This document shows positions 1-8,241 of a stretch of 64,000 bases of DNA, one piece after another (within the stretch, counting starts at the first letter, position 1; each line of letters starts with the position of its first letter). This DNA is from an uncultured virus (IMG/VR IMGVR_UViG_2061766007_000286) (taxonomy: Duplodnaviria; Heunggongvirae; Uroviricota; Caudoviricetes). Position numbers and translations under genes: made by a program. Below the pieces are notes generated by a model. It was not told where the DNA came from and ran no database searches. It was given only the letters and a program-made list of their open reading frames with translations. The stretch lies in IMG/VR virus record IMGVR_UViG_2061766007_000286. The stretch is one strand, 5' to 3'.

Positions 1-273
1 GCGTTCCGTGGGTGTTATGTCTTTGTCATTGGTATATGTTACTCCGAGGTTTTCTCTGATCACTTCCATATAAGTCCTTACATATGCTCCCATGGAAATG
101 CAGGCTAGTCTGGTCTGCCGAATCGCCACAATCACTCGGTGAAAATAATACTTCTCTAACGGCTCGCCATTTGCCGGGTCGAGCAAGCGGAGTCTGTCTG
201 CCAAATCAAGCAATTTGAAGTATGAAGACTGTAAAGATTCGAGAGCGTCTTTCGCTGCGTCAATGTCCATCAT
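1..273 (-). CDS. hypothetical protein (3' end runs off the window)
   Basis: Manual translation from ATG at 273 (MMDIDAAKDALESLQSSYFKLL...) is open to base 1; AGGAG lies 8 nt upstream. Not in the ORF track. Confidence 0.6.
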   Translation of the reverse strand, partial: MMDIDAAKDALESLQSSYFKLLDLADRLRLLDPANGEPLEKYYFHRVIVAIRQTRLACISMGAYVRTYMEVIRENLGVTYTNDKDITPTER

Positions 274-288
274 TCGTCATTCTCCTAC

Positions 289-1098
289 TCAAATGTGCAC
301 CCACTTGAACTCGGGCCTCTGAGCCGGTCTCGTGGTGCAGAATGTTTCTATGTGGTTCTTGAGAAGTTGGTCGACCTCGTCGGTGAATTCTATGCAGTCA
401 TATACCTGTTCCCCCTGTGGAGAAAGCCAAACAAGACGGCACCCCTTCACTTTAAGACCGGTTACATGTTCGATTATCTTCTGATACAAACGAAGCTGGA
501 TGGAATATCCGGCGAGAGAGCTGTTCGGCCAGTTACCAAAAGGCCACAACAGATTCTCCCATTCGTTGGAATCCGTGAATTTCTTGTTGGTCTTCCAGTC
601 GTATATCCACAGGTCGCCGTTCTCGTCCAGGAAAAGCTGGTCGATGGTTCCGACCAGACTCCAGTCGTACACACCAACCTGGAGTTCCGAACACACCGGA
701 GTCATCGTTTTAAGCAGGTTCTGCATGAACGCGTCGCATACCGGCTTTAGGTCCTGAAAAGCTTTGACGATCTCCGGCCTATTCAAATTGGATGGAATGT
801 CAAAAGTCTTCCCGCTCAGATTGCATTCCATGTACCTGTGCGTCAACGTGCCCTTGTCACATGCAAAAGCGGCTTCGCGGTCCCATTCCGCGATTATCTC
901 CTCTTTGGTCTTTCCCCATTTGGCGGCCTGCCTCGCGGCGCACCCTTCCTTGTCGAACGGCTTGTGCAGTTTTCCGACAATGGTCGTAACCGATAACAGC
1001 TTCTTTTCCGGCTTGCCCTCGAACCAGTATTTGTGCCCTTCGTCCTGGAACTTCACGTCGCTGAATGCTGACAACAACCTATCGCGCACTTCTGTCAT
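289..1098 (-). CDS. PD-(D/E)XK exonuclease (phage RecB/Cas4-like superfamily)
   Basis: Motifs SVTT, GTLTHRYME, GTIDQLF, IYDWKT, YSIQLRLY. Confidence 0.8.
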   Translation of the reverse strand: MTEVRDRLLSAFSDVKFQDEGHKYWFEGKPEKKLLSVTTIVGKLHKPFDKEGCAARQAAKWGKTKEEIIAEWDREAAFACDKGTLTHRYMECNLSGKTFDIPSNLNRPEIVKAFQDLKPVCDAFMQNLLKTMTPVCSELQVGVYDWSLVGTIDQLFLDENGDLWIYDWKTNKKFTDSNEWENLLWPFGNWPNSSLAGYSIQLRLYQKIIEHVTGLKVKGCRLVWLSPQGEQVYDCIEFTDEVDQLLKNHIETFCTTRPAQRPEFKWVHI

Positions 1099-1358
1099 CT
1101 AATGTCCTCGCTATTGGCACTGACTTCTGTGCTTTCTCTTGAAACCTTCCTACGCCGTTCTTTCATCTCGGCAAGACGTTTCTTGTTTTCCGAATTCACG
1201 TAGAATGTTTCCTTTCTCCAGCTCTTGAGCATGTTCACCATCTCAATGATGAGCCGCCTGACAACTCTGCCAGTCTTTATTCCTTTGTGCTTGTCAAACT
1301 CCTCCAATGCATCGAGGAAGTCGATGTACACCTGGTTGAATCGATCAGTGTCGATCAC
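1095..1358 (-). CDS. small basic helical protein, possibly Hc1-like nucleoid-binding
   Basis: 87 aa; KGIKTGRVVRRLIIEMVNMLKSWRKE resembles the short Hc1-like pattern; ATGA overlaps with both neighbours. Confidence 0.4.
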   Translation of the reverse strand: MIDTDRFNQVYIDFLDALEEFDKHKGIKTGRVVRRLIIEMVNMLKSWRKETFYVNSENKKRLAEMKERRRKVSRESTEVSANSEDIR

Positions 1359-1855
1359 TGGAAATCCTCATTGATGGTCTTCTCTGCACGGGATCTGCTC
1401 GCGAACCAGTTCTTGTAGATCGTATTTCCCTTGTTGTCGATCAGGTTGTATTTCTCGTCGATGGATACAAGAGCCGACTCGTCGTCGAAGAACTCGACCG
1501 TATCAAACCACTCGTCGGAAACGACGCGGTTTTCCGTGAAACTGAAGAGATTTTTCTTCCCGTCCTTGCCAACGATCGCGACACCGGAGATCGGATACTC
1601 GATGTAGTCGAGCCATTCGTCACTTAGAATGTCCCCGTCCGTGTCGATGAAGTTCCACCCATCGCTGTTGCGAACGATTGCCACCCCGCACGAGGCGAAC
1701 AGACCAACCTCGTCGAAGGCCAGATCGGTTATGAGGTTCCCGTCTCCGTCGGAGAAAGAGTACTTGTACTTCCCGTCTTCTATCCAGCAAACCTTTAGAA
1801 GGTCTTCGCCGGCGGGACTAGTCGTGACGTTTTCCAGATCTCTCGTGTTTTTCAT
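1355..1855 (-). CDS. WG-repeat (KWG-type) beta-repeat protein
   Basis: Repeated units such as GVAIVRNSDGWNFIDTDGDILSDEWLD and ALVSIDEKYNLIDNKGNTI. Confidence 0.75.
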   Translation of the reverse strand: MKNTRDLENVTTSPAGEDLLKVCWIEDGKYKYSFSDGDGNLITDLAFDEVGLFASCGVAIVRNSDGWNFIDTDGDILSDEWLDYIEYPISGVAIVGKDGKKNLFSFTENRVVSDEWFDTVEFFDDESALVSIDEKYNLIDNKGNTIYKNWFASRSRAEKTINEDFQ

Positions 1856-1875
1856 GGGAGCAACCTCTTACAGAG

Positions 1876-1889
1876 AATATAGTATTTTT
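1876..1889 (-). promoter_or_regulatory. putative early/middle promoter (A-tract-CTATATT class)
   Basis: AAAAATACTATATT, 20 nt upstream of the ATG at 1855. Confidence 0.55.
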
Positions 1890-1902
1890 ATGCTCCAGGA
1901 GA

Positions 1903-3093
1903 TCAGGCTTTCTTTGCCTTTCTGCCGCACGACTTCTCTTCAGGGCAGTAACCGAGCTTTTCGCACTTTGGAACAAAAAGATTTTCCGCGATCCACGCCC
2001 ATTCTTCGTCAAGTTTTGAAAGCTCTTCTCTCAGTTTTCTGGCGAAAGCTCTCATCTCGGTGTATGCTCTGGAACAAAGCCGCTGATTCATGAAGTTTTC
2101 AAGCATGCGGAGATTGCACTTCAACACCACCTTCGTATGCATGCCAAGTGGGAGAATGTTTGCGGCGTCTTCCTTCGATACACCGAGATCCATAAGCGTC
2201 TCATACGCTTTTCGGATTCCTTCCATAGCATCGTCGTATACCTTCTTAGCTTCGTCCGACATGGAGGGAGTGTAGTAGTCGAACTTCTTGCAGTTGATGT
2301 ATCTGGTGCTTTCCTGAAGCCGCGTAGGGGCACCGCCGATGTGAGTATATAGCTCTCTAACGGCTCGACTTGACCACCCGGACAGCACCAATTCGATGTT
2401 CACGAATTCCATCACACGCCCATGCCCGGATTGAATGCAGGATTTTGCTCTGGAGACGTTCTTCTCTGGATCGTCGATTGGCGAGTTCCAGCATATCCCG
2501 GCCATCTTACCGATGATCTGTAACGGGTTCTGCGTGGTCGTTGGAAATAGTTCTATTTTCGGTTCTTCCGTCTTCTCTTTCACTACAAGTTTGGACCAGA
2601 ACCGGACCCGCCATTCCGTAGTATCGACCCAATACGCCGGACAACACTTACCAGTCACGTCGTAATGCCGCACGACGTTTTCAGGTGGAACCGAATACTT
2701 CTTCATCAGCTCACGGACCAGTTCGAGGGCGTTGTCGATCGTTTGCTCCGTTGGCTTGTATTCGGGGTCCTTCTTGTCGTTGCACAACTCGACTCCAATG
2801 GAGTTAGTGTTTGTGCATACACCGTGAAGAGAACCGCCTTTTCCGCTCAGCTTCTTCCCACCGCAGTGCCAAGCAATCACGTCGTCGGGAACTGACTGCA
2901 TGACCTTGTTGGAGTCAACGAAGTAATGCGCTGAGGACTTGGTCACATTGTTCTTGAAGTACTTACAATTTCCACTTGACGTGTCCCCTGCCCCAGCCGT
3001 GTAATGTATTACAATGTACTTGATGTCTTCCAGCTTTCTCTTCTTTCCGTGGTTGGCTTCGTTTGCAGCGACAAAATCTATCTTCATGATCAA
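1903..3093 (-). CDS. thyX: fusion: N-acetylmuramoyl-L-alanine amidase (Amidase_2) + flavin-dependent thymidylate synthase ThyX
   Basis: N-terminal IVIHYTA, SSAHYFVD, AWHCG, NSIGVELC, VVRHYDVTGKCCP; C-terminal GHGRVMEF, RELYTH...RLQESTRY, NLRMLENFMNQRLCSRAYTEMR; no stop between the domains. Confidence 0.85.
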   Translation of the reverse strand: MIMKIDFVAANEANHGKKRKLEDIKYIVIHYTAGAGDTSSGNCKYFKNNVTKSSAHYFVDSNKVMQSVPDDVIAWHCGGKKLSGKGGSLHGVCTNTNSIGVELCNDKKDPEYKPTEQTIDNALELVRELMKKYSVPPENVVRHYDVTGKCCPAYWVDTTEWRVRFWSKLVVKEKTEEPKIELFPTTTQNPLQIIGKMAGICWNSPIDDPEKNVSRAKSCIQSGHGRVMEFVNIELVLSGWSSRAVRELYTHIGGAPTRLQESTRYINCKKFDYYTPSMSDEAKKVYDDAMEGIRKAYETLMDLGVSKEDAANILPLGMHTKVVLKCNLRMLENFMNQRLCSRAYTEMRAFARKLREELSKLDEEWAWIAENLFVPKCEKLGYCPEEKSCGRKAKKA

Positions 3094-3530
3094 TCCTCAT
3101 GCACTATGTGCGGTAAAAGGTACTCTGCAAGCCACTTCTCGTCAGGGAAGCCGACATACATGTTGAAAATGTTTCCATCCCTGTCGCAGAATATGTGTAG
3201 CGGCATCTTGCTGAATCCGAACTCGTTCCATATCATGTTCTCGACACGCTTCCCGTCGGCGGCCTCGAAGTTCTCGAATATCCACTTCACGTTGTTTATC
3301 GGATCTTCCTGGAACCCGTAATCGTTCATCCACTTGGCCATCGCGGCGAACCTGTCCCTGCAGTCAGGGCAGATCTTCTTGCCGTCGAAGAAACTGAATA
3401 TCCACACCTTCGTGTTCGGGAACCTGTCCATCAGAACCTTTCCATACGACGACTTGCCGTACTCGACTAGCCTGTCGTTGAGCGGTACGTATTCTCCGTC
3501 TATCACGGCTTTCTTCGGACAGCAGCTCAT
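3090..3530 (-). CDS. thioredoxin-fold protein (CPDC)
   Basis: Start reassigned to ATG 3530 (GAGGAG upstream); VWIFSFF...CPDC and KMPLHIFCDRDG fit the thioredoxin CxxC and cis-Pro pattern. Confidence 0.6.
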   Translation of the reverse strand: MSCCPKKAVIDGEYVPLNDRLVEYGKSSYGKVLMDRFPNTKVWIFSFFDGKKICPDCRDRFAAMAKWMNDYGFQEDPINNVKWIFENFEAADGKRVENMIWNEFGFSKMPLHIFCDRDGNIFNMYVGFPDEKWLAEYLLPHIVHED

Positions 3531-3538
3531 TGAACTCC

Positions 3539-4576
3539 TCAGTGCAGTATCGTCTCTATCTTCGACCCTATCATCAGCACCTTGTCGGCATACAGCGTGA
3601 ATAGGTTTTTGTATTTGGCGAGCATCTGCTGGTTTCTGAAAACGGGAACCAGGTCGGAAAGCATAGCGTCTCCTGGATTGCACCCGACGGTGTATATGTT
3701 CACCCGTTCATCGCCGTGGCATGAAGCTCCCCAGCTCTGATCCATCGGAGTCAATATGACGCCGTCTCGCACGCAGTTCGGTTCCATCGAATCGTACACG
3801 TTCTTGGTGTTGGAAACGTAGTGTCTTATGCGGTCGAACATACCGTACATGTAATTGCAGACGATGTCCACTCTGTTGTCGCACATGTACACAGTCGTGT
3901 TCTTTATGCGCAGGCTAACCGTGTCCTTGATCTTGCTTATGTCTCCGGTGCGTATGCGGATCTTCGGGTGGTTGAGCAGTTCCATGCAGATGTCATTGTA
4001 GCTTGTCGACGGGTAGTAGATGTTCCCGGTGCCGACATCGCCTATGAAATCCATCGGGAACTCCTTTTTGTACGACCTGGATGTCATCTTGGAGATCTTT
4101 ATCCCGTTGAACTTGTTGTTTGGTATGCGGTCGAATATGCCGCGGATGATGTACTTGCCGACCTTCGACGAATACAATACGTGCGGCTTCGTCGTTTCCT
4201 TGTATTCGTCCATGAACGCTTCCATGTCGCCGATCCCGTTGATTAGACTGGCATATTCCGCATCGTTCGAAAAGCTCGATTTGTTAAGTGGGTATTGGAA
4301 AAGACCGTTCGTGTTGTTCTGTATCGTCAAGTTCTTGTGCGGTATGTACATGAACCTGGCGTTGTGGTACTTCGTGAACTCGCACTTCACGCCCGCGTCT
4401 TGCAGCTTCAACACCGACGCCTCTGTCAGAAAATCCTTCATCGTGTCTAGCGGGTACCCGAGTATCCCCGTGTTGATGAATGTCACGCTTTTGCATGACG
4501 GGTTGTTCGCCAACGTTCTGGCGATATAGCACGCATCTAGCGTGTATCCTACGACTACTACGTTTGGTTGCGGCAA
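3539..4576 (-). CDS. divergent UDP-galactopyranose mutase (Glf)-like protein
   Basis: N-terminal VVVVGY...CYIARTLA Rossmann-like start, FQYPLN, YYPSTSYNDICMELLNHPKI, C-terminal KYKNL...VLMIG follow the Glf layout; the GxGxxG motif is lost. Confidence 0.45.
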   Translation of the reverse strand: MPQPNVVVVGYTLDACYIARTLANNPSCKSVTFINTGILGYPLDTMKDFLTEASVLKLQDAGVKCEFTKYHNARFMYIPHKNLTIQNNTNGLFQYPLNKSSFSNDAEYASLINGIGDMEAFMDEYKETTKPHVLYSSKVGKYIIRGIFDRIPNNKFNGIKISKMTSRSYKKEFPMDFIGDVGTGNIYYPSTSYNDICMELLNHPKIRIRTGDISKIKDTVSLRIKNTTVYMCDNRVDIVCNYMYGMFDRIRHYVSNTKNVYDSMEPNCVRDGVILTPMDQSWGASCHGDERVNIYTVGCNPGDAMLSDLVPVFRNQQMLAKYKNLFTLYADKVLMIGSKIETILH

Positions 4577-4604
4577 GGTTGATAACCCCGTTTTTACAAT
4601 GAAT

Positions 4605-4618
4605 AATATAGATTATTT
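4605..4618 (-). promoter_or_regulatory. putative early/middle promoter
   Basis: AAATAATCTATATT upstream of the TTG at 4576. Confidence 0.5.
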
Positions 4619-4646
4619 CTACGTAAGCGTTGTCGCGCTTTGGAAT

Positions 4647-5171
4647 CTACGGCCAAATGGACCGCGAAATCTCATCGATAAGAGCATTCACAGCGTCTTT
4701 GAACTCTTTGAAACTCTCATATGCTTTGTCCGGGTCTCCCATATCATCGAATACGGTGACGTACCTCTGGATCTCTTCTCCATATTCTTGTTCTGAGGGG
4801 TGTATGAGAACCTGATCCGTCAGAACCTTTCCGTCTTCAAAGAAGACCCCCATCATCGTCTTTCCTTCAGCCTTGCAGATTTCGAATCCATAGATATGCC
4901 GATCCTTCGGGCTGAAGGAAATGAACAATGGAGACATGTCAGTTGAATTTAGGCTGATGTCGTCGTATTCAAGTATCGCGTCACCAACCTGTTTGACGAC
5001 ATATTTGCATTCGTGTTGTTCATGTTCCTTTGCATATCTCTCCAGCATTTCGTATTTTAGATTTACATAGCCGAGGAACAACTCGATTTCCGCGGCCAGG
5101 CGGAACACGTTTCTGTCATATTTCGACAGCTGGATCACATCGCCGTCTTCGGTCGAATGCATGTCTAACAT
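4647..5171 (-). CDS. hypothetical protein
   Basis: 174 aa ORF with GGAGG RBS, co-oriented in the gene string. Confidence 0.65.
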   Translation of the reverse strand: MLDMHSTEDGDVIQLSKYDRNVFRLAAEIELFLGYVNLKYEMLERYAKEHEQHECKYVVKQVGDAILEYDDISLNSTDMSPLFISFSPKDRHIYGFEICKAEGKTMMGVFFEDGKVLTDQVLIHPSEQEYGEEIQRYVTVFDDMGDPDKAYESFKEFKDAVNALIDEISRSIWP

Positions 5172-5180
5172 TTTCCCTCC

Positions 5181-6005
5181 TTATTCTTCCGGTTCAAACG
5201 TCCTCTCCGGCGCGCACTGTTCGTATTCGCCGAACAGGTGGTCCATGTAGCCAGGCGGGAACGCATATTCGTCTGATGTCCCGTAGTTGGCGGCGAAAGT
5301 TATCCCTGAGTAATTCCTCGCCTCGCGGGGGTTCCTGAAGACCGAATTCCTCTCGTTTTCAGGGAGAACATGCTTAGGTATGCCGTGCTTTTCGCACAGG
5401 TAGTCTAGCAGGATGCCAAGAGCGGATAACTGGTCTTCGGTTGGCCTTGTGAAATAAGAGCATCCGCGGAACGGAACGTCCAACTTGATATACGAGTTCT
5501 TGTCTGTCACGAAACAATAAACGTTCTCGCCCTTCTTCTTGCAGTTGGGTATAGACAGCAAGTTGAGGGGCCTGTAGAAGTCCAGCTTTCCATATCCGAT
5601 AAGAGATATTCCTATCGATCCCTTCGATACTGAACTTCCCCCGACCGGCGGCTTTGTGAAATAGCTCGACCAGTACTTGCTGTCGAACATCTTGATGATC
5701 GCACCGTTTCTGGCCACCAGGAAATTCACCGAACACCCAGTGCTCCTCGAGTTTTTCCGGAAAGCCTCTTCGAGCTCGCACTCGCTGAAGTCTATGACTA
5801 TCTTTGTCTTCTTAGTGCTTTCCCTGTGGAAGAACTGGTCGTTTGGCATGTGCGGGCAGAGCATGTTCTTCGACTCGCTTATCTGGACATAATCCATGGG
5901 CATTGAAGGGTCGTTCGTTATCATGTCAATGAACGTGACCTCGTTTTTCCGGAGCCCGGTAACGCGCGTCTTTATCTTGAGAAATGGGTTGTTTGCCTGA
6001 ATCAT
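5181..6005 (-). CDS. Amidase_2-fold protein lacking Zn ligands (probable pseudo-amidase)
   Basis: KIVIDFSE, SVNFLVARNGAI, SIGISLIG, TEDQLSALGILLDYLCEKHGIP, GITFAANY follow the amidase scaffold, with the His/Glu positions replaced. Confidence 0.6.
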   Translation of the reverse strand: MIQANNPFLKIKTRVTGLRKNEVTFIDMITNDPSMPMDYVQISESKNMLCPHMPNDQFFHRESTKKTKIVIDFSECELEEAFRKNSRSTGCSVNFLVARNGAIIKMFDSKYWSSYFTKPPVGGSSVSKGSIGISLIGYGKLDFYRPLNLLSIPNCKKKGENVYCFVTDKNSYIKLDVPFRGCSYFTRPTEDQLSALGILLDYLCEKHGIPKHVLPENERNSVFRNPREARNYSGITFAANYGTSDEYAFPPGYMDHLFGEYEQCAPERTFEPEE

Positions 6006-6013
6006 CCGCTGAA

Positions 6014-6021
6014 TGTTTATA
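6014..6021 (-). promoter_or_regulatory. putative late promoter variant TATAAACA
   Basis: 8 nt upstream of ATG 6005; overlaps the stop codon of the upstream gene. Confidence 0.4.
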
Positions 6022-6874
6022 AGTCTGCTTTTTTGCGCCGTTTCGCGACTGGCTTGGCGGTTGGTTTGTCGTATTTTTTCGTGGCAGTCTTCCGATTTGT
6101 GTTGGAAGTCTTCTTGGTCGTTTTCAGCGCCTTTTCCTTGTCCTTTATAGAACCCCTGTGCTTCGACGTGCTGAGCACGGGATTTATCTTTTTAACCGAT
6201 TCTTTCAGCTCGGCGAGAAGATCGTCGCTTCGTTCGGCAGTGTCGCCTATTCTTGATATGTTCTCGCGGTTCATCGGATCGGTTCCCCCGATCGACTCTT
6301 CCAGTTTTCCGACACACACGTTCAAATCGGAAAAGGTGCCGAGCAGATTCTTGCAATCGGAGTCGTCCAACACCTTGCTGACCGTCGAATCATTCGCTCG
6401 CATGTTGAGATACTGGTCCACCACGACGGCCAGCTTTTTGCACTTTTTCAAGTTGCTGGCTATCCTGTCGAGGTTTTCGTCGATGCTTTCCATGTTGCGT
6501 TTGGCGGTCTCGTGTTCCTCTTCGGTGTACTCTACCTTGGTAAGGTCGTGCAGGAACGTGTTGTAGAATATCCTGGAGTGCAGAAGAGCCTCCTTCAGGA
6601 ATTCCGGCAGCAGCATGTCACCTTCCCCGTTCTTGTCGACTTCTTTCAATCTCTTTTCGAGGTTTCCTATCGCCGTTTGTATGTCGTTGATATAACCGTA
6701 AAACGCCCGGACGGTGGCAGGGGATTCCAGCGCCTGCACTGATATGAGGTACTTGTTCACGTTCTTGATGAACTCGGCCGGATCGAGATTCTCGTACTTC
6801 CCCCACGGGATGCCGAAGGAGCCGTCATCGTCATCAAAATCCTGATCGCCATTGAACATGTCGTCGAAACCCAT
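6017..6874 (-). CDS. hypothetical coiled-coil protein with acidic N-terminus and Lys-rich tail
   Basis: 285 aa; DDDDG N-terminus, heptad-like middle, KTTKKTS...KRRKK tail. Confidence 0.65.
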   Translation of the reverse strand: MGFDDMFNGDQDFDDDDGSFGIPWGKYENLDPAEFIKNVNKYLISVQALESPATVRAFYGYINDIQTAIGNLEKRLKEVDKNGEGDMLLPEFLKEALLHSRIFYNTFLHDLTKVEYTEEEHETAKRNMESIDENLDRIASNLKKCKKLAVVVDQYLNMRANDSTVSKVLDDSDCKNLLGTFSDLNVCVGKLEESIGGTDPMNRENISRIGDTAERSDDLLAELKESVKKINPVLSTSKHRGSIKDKEKALKTTKKTSNTNRKTATKKYDKPTAKPVAKRRKKADL

Positions 6875-6880
6875 TGAACC

Positions 6881-7879
6881 TCACACGCCGGTAGAACCAA
6901 CATTCACGAAAACATCTTTCCTCGCCTCTTTCAGTTTAGAATACAATTCAAACTCTTCTTCCGTAAGCGCCGTCGGTATGACGACGTTTATCGTCGCTAC
7001 AAGATCCGATCCGTTTATGCCCTTTCCGCTTATCCTGAACTTCGCGCCATTCTGCGTTCCCTTCGGGACATTCAAGTCAATCTCTTCCCCGAAATACATC
7101 ATCCTTATCGTTCCACCAAGAACCAGGTCAACCGGACTCGCGTCTATCACCACGGAGACATCGTTTCCGTCCATCGAGACGCCTTCTTCCGGCTGTATGT
7201 TCACTCGGAGCCTGAGGTCTCCGTTGGGGCCGCCATTCAGTCCGCAGTTCCCCATGCCGGACGCGACAAGAACCGTTCCGTTAGCCGTGTCTTTCGGAAC
7301 TTCTATCTCTATCCTGGATTCTTTTATGACGAATCCTAAGCCGTCACATCTACCGCATTTCCGGTCGACGACCCTCCCAGTTCCATTGCATGAGTCGCAT
7401 CTATCGCCATTTATTTCTCCGGTTCCCGCGCATTTGTCGCACTTCTTGAGCATCTCGGCGCCGGTTGCGTCGCAGTATCCGCAACGGCACCCCTTTCTGT
7501 ACCCGATCTCGAACTTGCGTCCTTTCTTCGCGTCCGATACGCTGATCGGAAGATCTATCTCTATGTCCTCGCCTCGTATTTCTACCCGCTTTGCCTTCTT
7601 GCCAAAGTCCTTTGCGACGTTTGACTTGCCGAACACTGAATTGAAAGACGAGACGTTGAATATGGAAGATATCCTGGAATTGTACTTGCGGCGTTCCTTT
7701 TCGTCGGACAGCACCTTGTACGCTTCGTTTACGAGAGCGAATCGCTCGGCCGCCTCTTCATCTCCGGGATTCTTGTCTGGGTGGTATTTCCTGGCAAGAT
7801 CTTTGTAAGCCCGCTTTATCTCCACGTCGGAGGCGAACTTGCCGATCCCGAGAATTTCGTAATACGTACGCGCGGCCAT
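6881..7879 (-). CDS. dnaJ: DnaJ (Hsp40) co-chaperone
   Basis: J domain YYEILG...KYHPDKN...AYKVLSD; four CxxCxxxG zinc motifs (CGYCDATG, CDKCAGTG, CDSCNGTG, CGRCDGLG); C-terminal GGPNGDL and VPKGTQNG. Confidence 0.93.
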   Translation of the reverse strand: MAARTYYEILGIGKFASDVEIKRAYKDLARKYHPDKNPGDEEAAERFALVNEAYKVLSDEKERRKYNSRISSIFNVSSFNSVFGKSNVAKDFGKKAKRVEIRGEDIEIDLPISVSDAKKGRKFEIGYRKGCRCGYCDATGAEMLKKCDKCAGTGEINGDRCDSCNGTGRVVDRKCGRCDGLGFVIKESRIEIEVPKDTANGTVLVASGMGNCGLNGGPNGDLRLRVNIQPEEGVSMDGNDVSVVIDASPVDLVLGGTIRMMYFGEEIDLNVPKGTQNGAKFRISGKGINGSDLVATINVVIPTALTEEEFELYSKLKEARKDVFVNVGSTGV

Positions 7880-8241
7880 TATCTATCAACACCTATCCCG
7901 AACGTCAAGCAGGATATCGCATCGTTCCTTGACATTTTGTATTTGTTCATAATATAGGTTATGTTTTCGTCGGTAAGTTCGTTTTTCGCCTTTTTCGCCA
8001 ACTTCCACTTCACCGGTATATAATGCCCGTCGAATGACGTGTAGGCGAGACACTGTATTCGTTTGGGCAAGTTGAAGAACTCCATCGTGTTGGTGAAGTC
8101 GCTTATGTTCCAGTTCCCCGACATGGACAATACTTTCTGTGTCATGAACATGTCGAACCCTTCCAGCTCGCCTTCGTTCGGCGGGACGGATTTCTTTCTG
8201 TTTCCCAGAAAGGTGAATGGGCTGTATCCGTTTTTTGCCAT
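7879..8241 (-). CDS. clamp loader small subunit, T4 gp62-like
   Basis: SPFTFL...FMTQKVLS...LPKRIQ...KW...YIMNKYKMSRNDAISCL pattern; directly follows the gp44-like gene. Confidence 0.7.
   Translation of the reverse strand: MAKNGYSPFTFLGNRKKSVPPNEGELEGFDMFMTQKVLSMSGNWNISDFTNTMEFFNLPKRIQCLAYTSFDGHYIPVKWKLAKKAKNELTDENITYIMNKYKMSRNDAISCLTFGIGVDR
7951..7964 (-). promoter_or_regulatory. putative early/middle promoter inside the gp62-like gene, upstream of dnaJ
   Basis: ACATAACCTATATT, about 70 nt upstream of the dnaJ ATG. Confidence 0.4.

Noticed and set aside
289..1098. Cas4/CRISPR system
   Set aside because: No four-Cys Fe-S pattern typical of Cas4, no other cas genes and no repeat-spacer array seen.
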